A stretch of 64,000 nucleotides of DNA from Thermoplasmata archaeon. GTDB lineage: Archaea > Thermoplasmatota > Thermoplasmata > UBA10834. The stretch spans positions 7,479-71,478 of the forward strand of contig JBFYNF010000045.1 in NCBI GenBank assembly GCA_041304525.1. Reading direction: 5' to 3'. The notes beneath the pieces were generated by a model. That model saw only the letters and a list, made by a program, of their open reading frames with translations, made no database searches and was not told the origin of the DNA. Positions within the stretch are counted from its first letter, which is position 1. Each line of letters opens with the position of its first letter. Made by a program: the position numbers and the translations under genes. Positions 43,554 to 52,872 of this stretch are shown in pieces.

Positions 43554-45041
43554 ATGGAGATGCGTGAGAAGAGGACTTGGACAGTAATAGCTGTCGCGGC
43601 CAGCGCGGTGGTGATACTGGCTGGCCTAGGCCTTCCCATGCTCCGAGAGAGCGTGGAGGCCGTCGGCGGTGACATACTGTCCCAGACCTCCGACACCCTC
43701 ACGGTCAGGTGCCTGGGACCTGAGATCACGCTCACCCTGAACGGCTTCGAGGGTGAGGTGACCTTCACAAACTGCTTCCCAAACTCCACACTTTCTGGTA
43801 ATGATGACCCGGCCACGATAGATGGGTCGAACATATCCTGCACCGTTCGAGGTCCCGAGACGGAGTTGCGTCTCTCAGCTCAGGTCAAGGAGTCGTTCAG
43901 GTTCGCAGTCATGGGGGACAGTCAAGGGCAGAATGGCATACTCGCGGAAGCACTGGAACGCGTCGACGGATGCGAGTTCATTCTCCACCTCGGAGACATG
44001 ACCCCCTCGGGGCAGCCGTCCGAATTCGACGCCTTCGAATCGACCCTGGGAGCCATCACGATCCCCGTCCTCACCACACCTGGGAACCATGACGTCAAAC
44101 TCGACGGGGGCGATGAGTATACATCCAGGTTCGGGTCCTCGGCGTACAGTTTCGAGTACTCTGGCATAAGGTTCGCATCCGTCGATTCATCGGATCAGGT
44201 GATCGACGAGGGTGAGATTGATTGGCTGAGGGACACTTTCAAGGGGGCCGAAAGGAAGGTCCTGGTCACGCACATGCCAAGCTACGATCCGTTCGGAGAC
44301 AACCACACGCTAGATGCTGCATCTTGTGACAGGATACGGCAGTTCGTCCTCGAAGAGGATGTGGATGCCGTGTTCACTGGTCATATCCACGCATTCCACT
44401 ACATGCAGATGGAGAGCACCGACTTCATCATCACTGGCGGCGCGGGCGGAACCCTGGTAGACGGCGTCCATCACATCATCATCGTGAGCGTTGACGACAC
44501 CGGCTTCTCCTATGAGAAGATCGACCTCGATTACGTCCCACCTACGTCGCCACACGTGCAGGTCATCGGGAAGGATGGCTCGACCCTCAACATCACATAC
44601 GAGGAGCTGATGCTCATGGACCTCGTGGAGAACGACTCGTCATACGAGAACCTGTACGGCAACATCGCCGGACAGGGACACTACAGGGGAGTCCTCGTCC
44701 GGGACCTGCTTGAGCTCGTCGGTGGCATGACCGAGGGAGACCTGCTCACAATCACCGCAATAGATGGATACATCCAAGAGTTCGGGTTCCTGAACGCATG
44801 CCCCGATGCGACATGGCTGAATCTGCAGGGTGAGATGATAGTCTCGGTCGAATTAGACGGGGTGCTGGCGCCCACATGGACTGAGGGCCCACGGATAGCC
44901 ATGCTACCAGAGGATGGCCTGTACAGCAACTCCGACTGCGAACTCACCTCGTACGAAGGGCAGGGATACTCGACGTACGAATCCGCGGGCGCGAGATGGG
45001 TGAAGAACACGTTCACTATCACGGTGGAGGCTGCAGCATGA
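43554..45041 (+). CDS. membrane-anchored extracytoplasmic calcineurin-like metallophosphoesterase fused to a C-terminal sulfite-oxidase-fold repeat
   Basis: MPE motifs GDSQG, LHLGDMT, GNHD and GHIHAF. C-terminal domain YRGVLVRDLLELVGGMTEGDLLTITAIDGYIQEF is homologous to the repeats of the upstream protein. N-terminal signal-anchor. Confidence 0.75.
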   Translation: MEMREKRTWTVIAVAASAVVILAGLGLPMLRESVEAVGGDILSQTSDTLTVRCLGPEITLTLNGFEGEVTFTNCFPNSTLSGNDDPATIDGSNISCTVRGPETELRLSAQVKESFRFAVMGDSQGQNGILAEALERVDGCEFILHLGDMTPSGQPSEFDAFESTLGAITIPVLTTPGNHDVKLDGGDEYTSRFGSSAYSFEYSGIRFASVDSSDQVIDEGEIDWLRDTFKGAERKVLVTHMPSYDPFGDNHTLDAASCDRIRQFVLEEDVDAVFTGHIHAFHYMQMESTDFIITGGAGGTLVDGVHHIIIVSVDDTGFSYEKIDLDYVPPTSPHVQVIGKDGSTLNITYEELMLMDLVENDSSYENLYGNIAGQGHYRGVLVRDLLELVGGMTEGDLLTITAIDGYIQEFGFLNACPDATWLNLQGEMIVSVELDGVLAPTWTEGPRIAMLPEDGLYSNSDCELTSYEGQGYSTYESAGARWVKNTFTITVEAAA

Positions 45042-46114
45042 GGAAGTACTACTTCTCCACGAAGGACCTCGTGACCATCGCCTTGCTCTCGGCGCTCGGC
45101 GGAGTGCTGTCGACATACATCGGGTACCTCGGCAACATGGTCAACCACATCATCGGCGTTCCGTTCGGGGCGGGCCAGTTCTTGGCCGGACTGCACGTGA
45201 TATGGATCATGCTTGCCCTTGGCATCACGCGTAAGAAGGGGGCGGCCACCGTGACGGGATTCCTGAAGGGAGTGATCGAACTCTTCCTCGGGAGTACGCA
45301 TGGAATCGTCATAGTCATCGTTTCGCTAATCCAGGGATTGATACCAGACATCGTTCTGTTCAGTGACAAGGCCAAGGCGAACAGGAGCCCGATGTTCTAC
45401 GCACTGGCGGGGGGTTTCTCCGCTGCATCCAATGTGATTGTGTTCCAACTGTTCTTCTTCTCTGGCATACCTCTGTACCTCGTCGCGATGCTCTGCATGC
45501 TGGCAGCCGCTTCAGGCATCATCTTCGGAGGATGGCTTGTCCTGGAGATGCTCGAGTCGCTCGAGCTGTCAGGGATGATACTCGGCAAGAGGAGGGTCGT
45601 GGTGGACGACCCGAATGTCGACGAGAGCGTGTGGGTCAAGGGGAAGGCCGAGAAGCGCAAGGCGCTCACGGCGGTGATCGCCGCCACGATCTTCCTGTCA
45701 GCGTTCACGGTCGGCGCCGTATACTACTTCACATTCGTGTTCAAGCTCACAGAGGAAGGAACCATCGAAGTCTCCGGCGCGGTCACGGACCCATACACAT
45801 TCCGATACGAGGACTTCAGCGACACGCAGGTCACAGTCAACGCGGAGCTGATTGGCACCGTGACACACGTCGACCCGAGAAACTATACAGGTATCACTCT
45901 GAATGAAATCGTGAGTGAGGCGGGACCTGATGAAGGAGCCACCGAGGTCGTGGTCACTGGCCGGGACGGTTACTACGCCGTATTCGAGCTGGACGACGTC
46001 GCGGCGGACGACGGACTCATCATAACTCAAGAGGATGAGCTGTTCACGATAGTCGCTGCCAACTACGAAGGGGCATACTGGGTGGAGGATGTCGTGTCGG
46101 TCGAAGTGAGGTAG
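45038..46114 (+). CDS. ECF-transporter S (substrate-capture) component fused to an extracytoplasmic sulfite-oxidase-fold repeat via an extra TM helix
   Basis: N-terminus MRKYYFSTKDLVTIALLSALGGVLSTYIGYLG plus about 6 TM helices in roughly 190 aa, typical of EcfS. After a further TM, YTGITLNEIVSEAG..EVVVTGRDGYYAVFELDDV matches the repeat family. ATGA start/stop overlap with the previous gene; RBS GGAGGC. Confidence 0.6.
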   Translation: MRKYYFSTKDLVTIALLSALGGVLSTYIGYLGNMVNHIIGVPFGAGQFLAGLHVIWIMLALGITRKKGAATVTGFLKGVIELFLGSTHGIVIVIVSLIQGLIPDIVLFSDKAKANRSPMFYALAGGFSAASNVIVFQLFFFSGIPLYLVAMLCMLAAASGIIFGGWLVLEMLESLELSGMILGKRRVVVDDPNVDESVWVKGKAEKRKALTAVIAATIFLSAFTVGAVYYFTFVFKLTEEGTIEVSGAVTDPYTFRYEDFSDTQVTVNAELIGTVTHVDPRNYTGITLNEIVSEAGPDEGATEVVVTGRDGYYAVFELDDVAADDGLIITQEDELFTIVAANYEGAYWVEDVVSVEVR

Positions 46115-47578
46115 ATGCTCGACGTCATGGACCTTTACGTAAGGTACGAGAATAGGTCGAAGCCCGCAGTGGACGGACTCTCACTGCACGTCGACCTAGG
46201 CGAGTTCGTCCTTCTCATGGGCGACTCCGCATCTGGGAAGTCGACAGCCATGCAGGCCGTGTGCGGATTCATCCCCGACATCATACCCGCGGAGAAGAGA
46301 GGTGAGGTGCGGATAGGCGGACAGACGTATGAGGACGCCACTGCAATCTCCAGCGTCGCGTGCATGGTGCAGCAGGACCCTGAGACGCAGTTCTGCACGG
46401 AGACCGTCGAGGAGGAAGTCGCCTTCGGTCCTGAGAACCTGAACGTGCCCAGGGCGGATATCAGGAAGGCCGTGGATGAATCTCTTGCGAGCGTGGGCGC
46501 GTCCCACCTCGTCAGCAGGAAGCTCTCTACGCTCTCTGGGGGTGAGAAGCAGAAGGTCGCGATAGCGTCGATGCTCTCGGTGAGACCTCGGCTCCTCATC
46601 CTCGATGAACCCACATCGAACCTCGACCCGCGATCTGTCTCCGATGTCGTCGGAGTCATAGATGCCCTGAGACGGAGGAAAGAGATGACCATCGTGGTCG
46701 TCGAGCACCGGCCAGGAGGGTTCAAGGACCTCGCCTCGAGAGTCATGGTCATGGACAAGGGGATGCTTGTGCTGGACTGTGGACGGCATGATCCATCTTT
46801 CGCAGAGCGCATCGGGAAGGCCGAGGCGAAGCCTTCGCCACCGATACCCTCCAAGAGCGAACTGGCAGTCGTCTCGGTCAAAGGATTGTCGTACGGAGTC
46901 GATGGCACGAAGATTCTCGATGACGTGACATTCGACCTCAAAGATTGCGCTGTCGTGGCGCTAATGGGGGAGAATGGAGCCGGAAAGACGACACTTCTCA
47001 GACACCTCATGGGGCTGCTGACCCCACAGTCCGGAAGTGTCGACGTGTTAGGACATCCTCAGGACAAGGATGTGAGGACTGAACCTTGGGTCCTCGGGAG
47101 GGAAGTCGGGTTCGTCTTCCAGAATCCGAACCACCAGATCTTCGAGAGGACGGTCGAGAAGGAGATACTCTTCGCCGCGGAGAACTATGACGCACCGAAA
47201 GGCGAGGCACTGAAGGCGGTCGAGGAATTCGAGGCCTCCGAGGAGGTCAGAAAGTTCGTACACCCCCATTGCCTCAGCTTCGGTCAGAAGAGGAGGGTGA
47301 ACATCCGGTCTGCGTCGTCCCACGGCCCCAGGCTGATACTCATGGACGAACCGTTCTCGGGACAAGATGCCGAGAACGCAGAGGCCATCCGAGGGATGAT
47401 AACGAACCTCCAACGAGCGGGCAAGACGGCCGTCGTGGTCACGCACGACATACAGTTCGCGAAAACCTCGTGCACCGATGTCGTATTCATGAGGGCCGGG
47501 AAAATCGTCAGAACTGGTCCTGTGAGCAGCGTGCAGGAAAGCGAATGGGAGGAATTGTTCACCGGGGTGACCAGATGA
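46115..47578 (+). CDS. fused tandem ABC ATPase (EcfA-EcfA' / CbiO-type duplicated ATP-binding protein)
   Basis: Two full ABC domains with Walker A GDSASGKST and GENGAGKTT, signature LSGGEKQKV / LSFGQKRRV, Walker B ILDEPTSNLD / LMDEPFSGQD. Confidence 0.9.
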   Translation: MLDVMDLYVRYENRSKPAVDGLSLHVDLGEFVLLMGDSASGKSTAMQAVCGFIPDIIPAEKRGEVRIGGQTYEDATAISSVACMVQQDPETQFCTETVEEEVAFGPENLNVPRADIRKAVDESLASVGASHLVSRKLSTLSGGEKQKVAIASMLSVRPRLLILDEPTSNLDPRSVSDVVGVIDALRRRKEMTIVVVEHRPGGFKDLASRVMVMDKGMLVLDCGRHDPSFAERIGKAEAKPSPPIPSKSELAVVSVKGLSYGVDGTKILDDVTFDLKDCAVVALMGENGAGKTTLLRHLMGLLTPQSGSVDVLGHPQDKDVRTEPWVLGREVGFVFQNPNHQIFERTVEKEILFAAENYDAPKGEALKAVEEFEASEEVRKFVHPHCLSFGQKRRVNIRSASSHGPRLILMDEPFSGQDAENAEAIRGMITNLQRAGKTAVVVTHDIQFAKTSCTDVVFMRAGKIVRTGPVSSVQESEWEELFTGVTR

Positions 47579-48333
47579 CGGCAAGACTCCCTGAGGAGGG
47601 CACCCCCAGACTGAACCCCATCACCAAGGCGCTCCTGCTGGTGATGTTCTCCATACTCGTGCTCCTCGTGGTCGACCCGGTCCACATGTCCGCGATCGTG
47701 GTATGCGTGCTCGTAGCCAAAGAGCATTTCCACGCGCGAGGACTCGTCACAAGAGGCATCATTGGATTCGCGATGGCCATCTTCGTGGCGCAGATTCTAT
47801 TCAATCACTCAGGGGATGAGCTCGCGAGCTGGTCCGCATTCTCGGTCACGACAGGTGGCATCTACGATGGTGTGTCTATAGCCGGGAAGTTCCTGAGCTT
47901 GATCATGATGTCATGGGTGTTCGTCGCGACGACCTCACCCTCTGAGCTATCATCCGCCCTCACGACCGCGGGATTCCCCTACAGGTACGCGTTCCTGCCA
48001 GCGCTTTCCATGCGGTTCGTACCGGTGTTCCAGTTCGAGCTAGCCACTGTCAGGGAGGCGCAGGTCACGAGAGGGATGAAACTCGACAGGAGCATCAAGG
48101 GGATTGTGCGGTCCGCGAGGTACACGACCATGCCAATGCTCATGACGGCGATGTCCAGGGTCAACTCCATCACGGCATCCATGACGGGCAGAGGTTTCGG
48201 GATGCACAAGACCAGGACCCAGCTCCAGCCCATAAGGATGACTGCATGGGACCTCGCGTTCCTAGCCAGTTCGGCAGTATTCGTGGCAGTGACCTTCCTG
48301 GTCACAAGATGCCCGGCACTCCAAATCGCCTGA
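47575..48333 (+). CDS. ECF transporter T component (EcfT/CbiQ family)
   Basis: ATGA overlap with the EcfAA' stop. Conserved Arg-containing motifs REAQVTRG and MTGRGFG with 5-6 TM helices, typical of CbiQ/EcfT. Confidence 0.85.
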   Translation: MTARLPEEGTPRLNPITKALLLVMFSILVLLVVDPVHMSAIVVCVLVAKEHFHARGLVTRGIIGFAMAIFVAQILFNHSGDELASWSAFSVTTGGIYDGVSIAGKFLSLIMMSWVFVATTSPSELSSALTTAGFPYRYAFLPALSMRFVPVFQFELATVREAQVTRGMKLDRSIKGIVRSARYTTMPMLMTAMSRVNSITASMTGRGFGMHKTRTQLQPIRMTAWDLAFLASSAVFVAVTFLVTRCPALQIA

Positions 48334-49080
48334 TCATCCGACCCTCAGCTCACCGTTCTCGATCCTCGTCGCGTATCGTAGGAGTTCGCTCCCGTTCGAC
48401 CTGAAGGGAGCGTAATGTCTGATGGCGGCCGACACGGTAGCAGCAAGCCCGTCCGTGCGGTTCCGTCCGGAATGGGCCCAGTAACAACTCGTGAAATGCC
48501 TTGCGAAAGAAACCTTCGCCGCGGTGAAGACAGGGTCAGTCATGAGTACACTGGCGCACAACTGTCCCAGGTCGTTGAGTGTGTCTGCGGACGAGGCTTC
48601 CTCGAAGTCGAGGCCGGTGATGCCGGAGGGGGTGATGATGAAGTTCTTGAGGACGGCGTCCCCGCGAGCAAGCTTGAAATCGAATGCGATGTGGAAAGAT
48701 GACATCCATTTGGCCAGGTTGTCCGCGAGTTCTCTTTGCGCCTCGGACAGATCGGCCCCCGAAGAGTGGGAGAACAACTCATCGAAGACCACGGCCGCGG
48801 ATTCGCCCTCAATCGGTTCCATCACGATCGCATCTTCGACCATGGTGACGGGTAGCGGCACGGGGACTCCCTTCTCACGGCACCAGGATAGCACACTGAA
48901 CTCAGCTTGGGCACGCTCCTTCCATTCGTCCCTGAAGACCTTCACGACATATTCCCTTCCGCCGACAGATGTTCTGAACACGCGGTTCTTCTTGCTCTGC
49001 ATGTATGGGCCGATGCGGCCGTTCCCCAAGTCGTGCAATGACATCTTGATACTCATCGTCACTCGCCCACGGATTCCCAA
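48334..49080 (-). CDS. phosphotransferase-fold protein (APH/choline-kinase/Kdo-kinase-like)
   Basis: ..YVVKVF.. (Lys), ..IVMEPIEG.., then catalytic-loop-like GDAVLKNFII and GLDFEEASSADTLNDLGQL, resembling the H.D....N and iDfE motifs of the aminoglycoside phosphotransferase family. Confidence 0.5.
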   Translation of the reverse strand: MGIRGRVTMSIKMSLHDLGNGRIGPYMQSKKNRVFRTSVGGREYVVKVFRDEWKERAQAEFSVLSWCREKGVPVPLPVTMVEDAIVMEPIEGESAAVVFDELFSHSSGADLSEAQRELADNLAKWMSSFHIAFDFKLARGDAVLKNFIITPSGITGLDFEEASSADTLNDLGQLCASVLMTDPVFTAAKVSFARHFTSCYWAHSGRNRTDGLAATVSAAIRHYAPFRSNGSELLRYATRIENGELRVG

Positions 49081-49268
49081 GACGCGTTCCCCCTATGCCT
49101 CCGCGAAATGAATACCTACTGTCGGTCGGGAACTCCGCGAGACTTCCTCAAGGGACCTCGGCTTGACCCCGTTTCGCAGATGCTGCCCTACGATCTGTGA
49201 AGTCACACTGACTGACCGAAATCTTTATTTAGCGGAAAGTCGGACTCACCGGGTGCGAGGGGGAGTCT

Positions 49269-50555
49269 ATGAGAACGACCTGTTCGAAGAGGATTATAGC
49301 GGCATTGCTGATTGTGACTGCGTTTTCGATGGTGAATGCGTTCGCCGTCGCGAAGCCGGACAGCTTGTTTGATGCGCCGGAAGATACATTGGTCGATGCG
49401 GAATGGACCATAATAGTGTATCTGGCTGCGGACAACAACCTGCAGCTCGCGGCTGTTGGCGACCTTCAGGAGATGGAGGCCGTCGGACCCATGGATGGTA
49501 TCAACGTCGTGGTCCTGATGGACACCATTGACATAACCGAAGGGACGCACTGGTACGCCCTCGGTGATGGCGAGACGCATTTCGATGCGGACGGCGCCCC
49601 GAGCATCTGTGACTGCGACGAGGTCGCAGGCGGCTCTCCTGGCGAACTGAACATGGGTGACCCGGAGACCCTGACCTACTGCCTCAAGACCGCTGTTGCA
49701 TTCGCCCCGGCTGACAACTACATGCTCATCCTTTGGGACCACGGAGGCGGCTGGTGGGGCGTGTGCTATGATGAGGGTTCACTGACGCCCACTGGGAGCA
49801 CGGACAGACTGATAATGGATGAGGTCCAGCAGGGAATCGAAGCATCTGGAGTCGACCTTGACGTCATCGGGTACGACGCGTGCTTCATGGGCATGATTGA
49901 GATAGCCTATGAGAACAGGAACCTGGCCGAGTACATGGTCGCGTCAATCACAACTGTGCCTGGAGATGGCTGGGACTACACGGCCTGGCTGGGTGGAATC
50001 GACGGCACTGACAGGAGCCCGTACGCCGTGAGCGAACTGGCTGCCTCGACATATGTCGATTTCTACACCATATGCATGGGCGTTGGCCTGGGCGGATTCC
50101 CTTACACTAGCATGGGCGTGTTTGACCTCACAACGGTCGAGAACCTCGTAATCAACGGCATAGACCCGGTGGCCGCGGCGCTCGTACCACTGACCGAGGA
50201 GTACTACCTCCGCGGGCCGATAGAGTCCTCGGAATCGCAGACGCCGCAGATACAGTTCCACGGCGAGGCGTTCCCGTTCACTGACATCGGACTGTTCATG
50301 ACACTGCTTGGCGAGAAGATACCAGAACTGAGCGTAGAAACCGCTAAGGCCGTCACACTGCTCGACGATACGATCCTGTGGTTCGACTATGTCGCGCCTG
50401 ACGCAGACATGTGTCTCCGGTCATTCGGGATGTCCATATACTACACCATAAGCGGGGACAAGCTGTACGACAACTACCTCACCAGCAACCTCGACATGGT
50501 GGACGACACGAACTGGGACGAGTTCCTCTGGGCCTTGGCGATGACGGCGGAATAG
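49269..50555 (+). CDS. secreted clostripain-like cysteine peptidase (family C11)
   Basis: Signal peptide. WTIIVYLAADNNL near the N-terminus is the C11 hallmark. ..LILWDHGGGW.. (catalytic His) and ..GYDACFMG.. (catalytic Cys). Confidence 0.8.
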   Translation: MRTTCSKRIIAALLIVTAFSMVNAFAVAKPDSLFDAPEDTLVDAEWTIIVYLAADNNLQLAAVGDLQEMEAVGPMDGINVVVLMDTIDITEGTHWYALGDGETHFDADGAPSICDCDEVAGGSPGELNMGDPETLTYCLKTAVAFAPADNYMLILWDHGGGWWGVCYDEGSLTPTGSTDRLIMDEVQQGIEASGVDLDVIGYDACFMGMIEIAYENRNLAEYMVASITTVPGDGWDYTAWLGGIDGTDRSPYAVSELAASTYVDFYTICMGVGLGGFPYTSMGVFDLTTVENLVINGIDPVAAALVPLTEEYYLRGPIESSESQTPQIQFHGEAFPFTDIGLFMTLLGEKIPELSVETAKAVTLLDDTILWFDYVAPDADMCLRSFGMSIYYTISGDKLYDNYLTSNLDMVDDTNWDEFLWALAMTAE

Positions 50556-50746
50556 GCCCGCCGACGCGCAAAGGGATTCAGGACCCGCACCGACAACTAG
50601 CGCGACCATTAGCATGCAGCGGATGCCTTCCTCCCCCTCGGTCGACTGGCGCCATACTAGCCCGCCAGGCTAGATAGGACTGTCGAGCTTGAGACCGGGG
50701 GGAAGCAGGGAGTATATATCCCACAACGACTAGAAACCCCACAACG

Positions 50747-51196
50747 GTGTGCTATATGGGATTCCTAGACAAGATGAGACCCGCCGGATCAGCCATCACC
50801 GGCGGCTCAGCTAAGGTGAGCATCGAATACCCGCACCAGCCAATGATGCGTGGCGATGCCTTGCCGGTCAAGGCGACCATCATGTCGATGGGAAAGGAGG
50901 TCAAGTCAGGGGGTGTTTTCGTCGACATCCACGCGACCGAAGCAGGACAGGTGAAGTGCAAGCACTGCGGCCAGATGACCCAGGTGCAGCAGGAGACCAT
51001 CAAGCAGGCGATACCGGTCGGGCCAGCATTCGTCCTACAGCCGAACGAGACCAAGGTCGTTGAAGCGACCATACAGATGCCAATGGGCCAGCTGTCCTAC
51101 AGCGGCCAGGTCAGACACGAGTGGAGGATACGCGCCAGACTGGATGCGTTCGGCAACGACCCGGACTCCGGATTCCAGGTAATCGAGATACGTTGA
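50747..51196 (+). CDS. Spo0M-like (arrestin-fold) domain protein
   Basis: N-terminus MGFLDKMRPAGSAITGGSAKVSIEYPHQPMMRGDALPVKATIMSMGKEVKSGG resembles the Spo0M family start (G.GsAKVd..l......ge.v.g.v...Gg). Good codon bias. TATA-like AGTATATAT about 35 nt upstream. Confidence 0.45.
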   Translation: MCYMGFLDKMRPAGSAITGGSAKVSIEYPHQPMMRGDALPVKATIMSMGKEVKSGGVFVDIHATEAGQVKCKHCGQMTQVQQETIKQAIPVGPAFVLQPNETKVVEATIQMPMGQLSYSGQVRHEWRIRARLDAFGNDPDSGFQVIEIR

Positions 51197-51267
51197 AATG
51201 AAAACTCTTCGGACCGGCCATGTTTCATCCCGCCGGCCCAACGATTTCATTCTCCGACATCGGCCAC

Positions 51268-52776
51268 TCAAGGATACTCTAGTCGTCTCGTATCGAATCC
51301 CTTCGCATACTCCCGGAGCAGAACAGCCATGCCCTTGCTCACCTCAGGCTCGAGCGGCTCGGGTGTATGAGTTTTCAGGAGTTCGTACATACGCTCCTTC
51401 GCACGTTCGTCGGCGCTCTTAGACCCTTTGGCGACCCACTGCTGCCTGGTCGACCTGTCTGATAGCCTGGCCGTATGGTGCTCATTCCTGAACTGCGTCA
51501 GCGTCTCCTTCCTCTTCAGGTAGTTGCCCTGAGGACCAGTCTTGTGGATGACGTCTACCGACAGAGTGCTCTCGTCGACCACGATGCCAGCAGCGATTCT
51601 GTTCACGTTCGAGGCGATTTCGTCATCAATAATCAGCTGAACGGGGGAGAAGGCGTTGAACGCCTCCGTAGAACCCATGAAGAGTTCGGCGAAGTCCGCC
51701 CCGGCCAGAGTGGCCATCAACGCCGCTTGCGTCTTCTCGTACGAAGTCTGAGCGTCAACCATCTTCGAGTCGCTCTGGACACCCATGTCGCTCGGCAGGC
51801 CATAGAACTTAGCGAGTTCGACCGTGCCGACCCCCAAGAGGGAGAACTCGGGCGCACCTGTGGCGGCGATGCCTGACCTCATGTCCAGAGGACATGAGAC
51901 GGACCCGTAGACGACCCTTGGGGATTTCGTGACGCACTTCGCTATCGCTATCGAGCTCAGTATCTCGGCGTTCTGCTGGACGAGCAGACCAGCCAGCGAG
52001 GCGGGCGCTGTCCCCCCTGCGAGCGCCATGACCATGATGAAGACCGGCAGGTCCATCTCCGCATACTTCAGGAGCGTCTCGAGCATGTGCTTGTCGTGCC
52101 CCAGAGGGCTAATCGGGTCGATGTAGCCCGGGAAGAGCGGAGTCTTCCTGAGGAGTTCCCTGTCCCCCAGGAGTAGCTCCGAGACGCGGAGCATGAGCTC
52201 GAACTCGATGCTGTCTCCGCTGCTCCCATAACTCGGCTTGGACGTGTGCATCAGACTCGTGACCCACATGACCATGCTCTGGGCGTCGGTATGGACGTCG
52301 CCCGGATAGACGGGCACATAGCCGACGGTGCATGTGTCCAGGGCGTCCAGGAGCCGGCTTATGAGGATTCCGTCCTTGAGGGTCGACGGCCGATACTCAC
52401 CCGTTTCGGGATCGATGTAGAACAGACACTGCGCCCCAGGGCCGAACTTGGTCCTGCCGTCGACGGCATCCACTGACCGGCTCTTATTTCTTGCATGCCA
52501 TCGGAAGTTGTGGGCGCAACTCTTGACCGCCTCCGCGACAGAAGACTCGGACATGCGCACGATCCTCGACTTCCGATCAACTGAGTAACCGTTGCTCTGA
52601 AGCATGTCGAGCACTTCTGGGGAGTCCACGAACACGCCTGTCTTCTCGAGCACTTCGAGGGTCGCGCCGTGAATCGCCTCCAGATTGGCTCTCCCAAGCA
52701 CCGTGAGCATGTTCTTCCCAGAAACCATGTGTACCTCTGCTCCGCCGATAGTGATGGCGTTGGTTCGGTTGACCAT
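51268..52776 (-). CDS. MttB-superfamily methyltransferase, non-pyrrolysine type (trimethylamine/quaternary-amine:corrinoid methyltransferase-like)
   Basis: 502-aa uninterrupted ORF with MttB-like N-terminus (..LEAIHGATLEVLEKTGVFVDSPE..) and TIM-barrel blocks; no in-frame TAG. Confidence 0.75.
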   Translation of the reverse strand: MVNRTNAITIGGAEVHMVSGKNMLTVLGRANLEAIHGATLEVLEKTGVFVDSPEVLDMLQSNGYSVDRKSRIVRMSESSVAEAVKSCAHNFRWHARNKSRSVDAVDGRTKFGPGAQCLFYIDPETGEYRPSTLKDGILISRLLDALDTCTVGYVPVYPGDVHTDAQSMVMWVTSLMHTSKPSYGSSGDSIEFELMLRVSELLLGDRELLRKTPLFPGYIDPISPLGHDKHMLETLLKYAEMDLPVFIMVMALAGGTAPASLAGLLVQQNAEILSSIAIAKCVTKSPRVVYGSVSCPLDMRSGIAATGAPEFSLLGVGTVELAKFYGLPSDMGVQSDSKMVDAQTSYEKTQAALMATLAGADFAELFMGSTEAFNAFSPVQLIIDDEIASNVNRIAAGIVVDESTLSVDVIHKTGPQGNYLKRKETLTQFRNEHHTARLSDRSTRQQWVAKGSKSADERAKERMYELLKTHTPEPLEPEVSKGMAVLLREYAKGFDTRRLEYP

Positions 52777-52872
52777 CCCCGCCCCAATCCCGGCGAGTGG
52801 GGAACCGACTACTGGATATTTAAATGGGGCATCCGAGGTCGCTACAATAAGCGTCGGACGATATCCTCTGAC

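Noticed and set aside
46135-47010. 291-aa minus-strand ORF antisense to EcfAA'
   Set aside because: Antisense to an ABC ATPase with both Walker motifs intact.
51268-52776. Possibility of a pyrrolysine (in-frame TAG) codon in the MttB-family gene
   Set aside because: The 502-codon reading frame is uninterrupted, so there is no in-frame amber codon. Called as a non-Pyl MttB-superfamily member.
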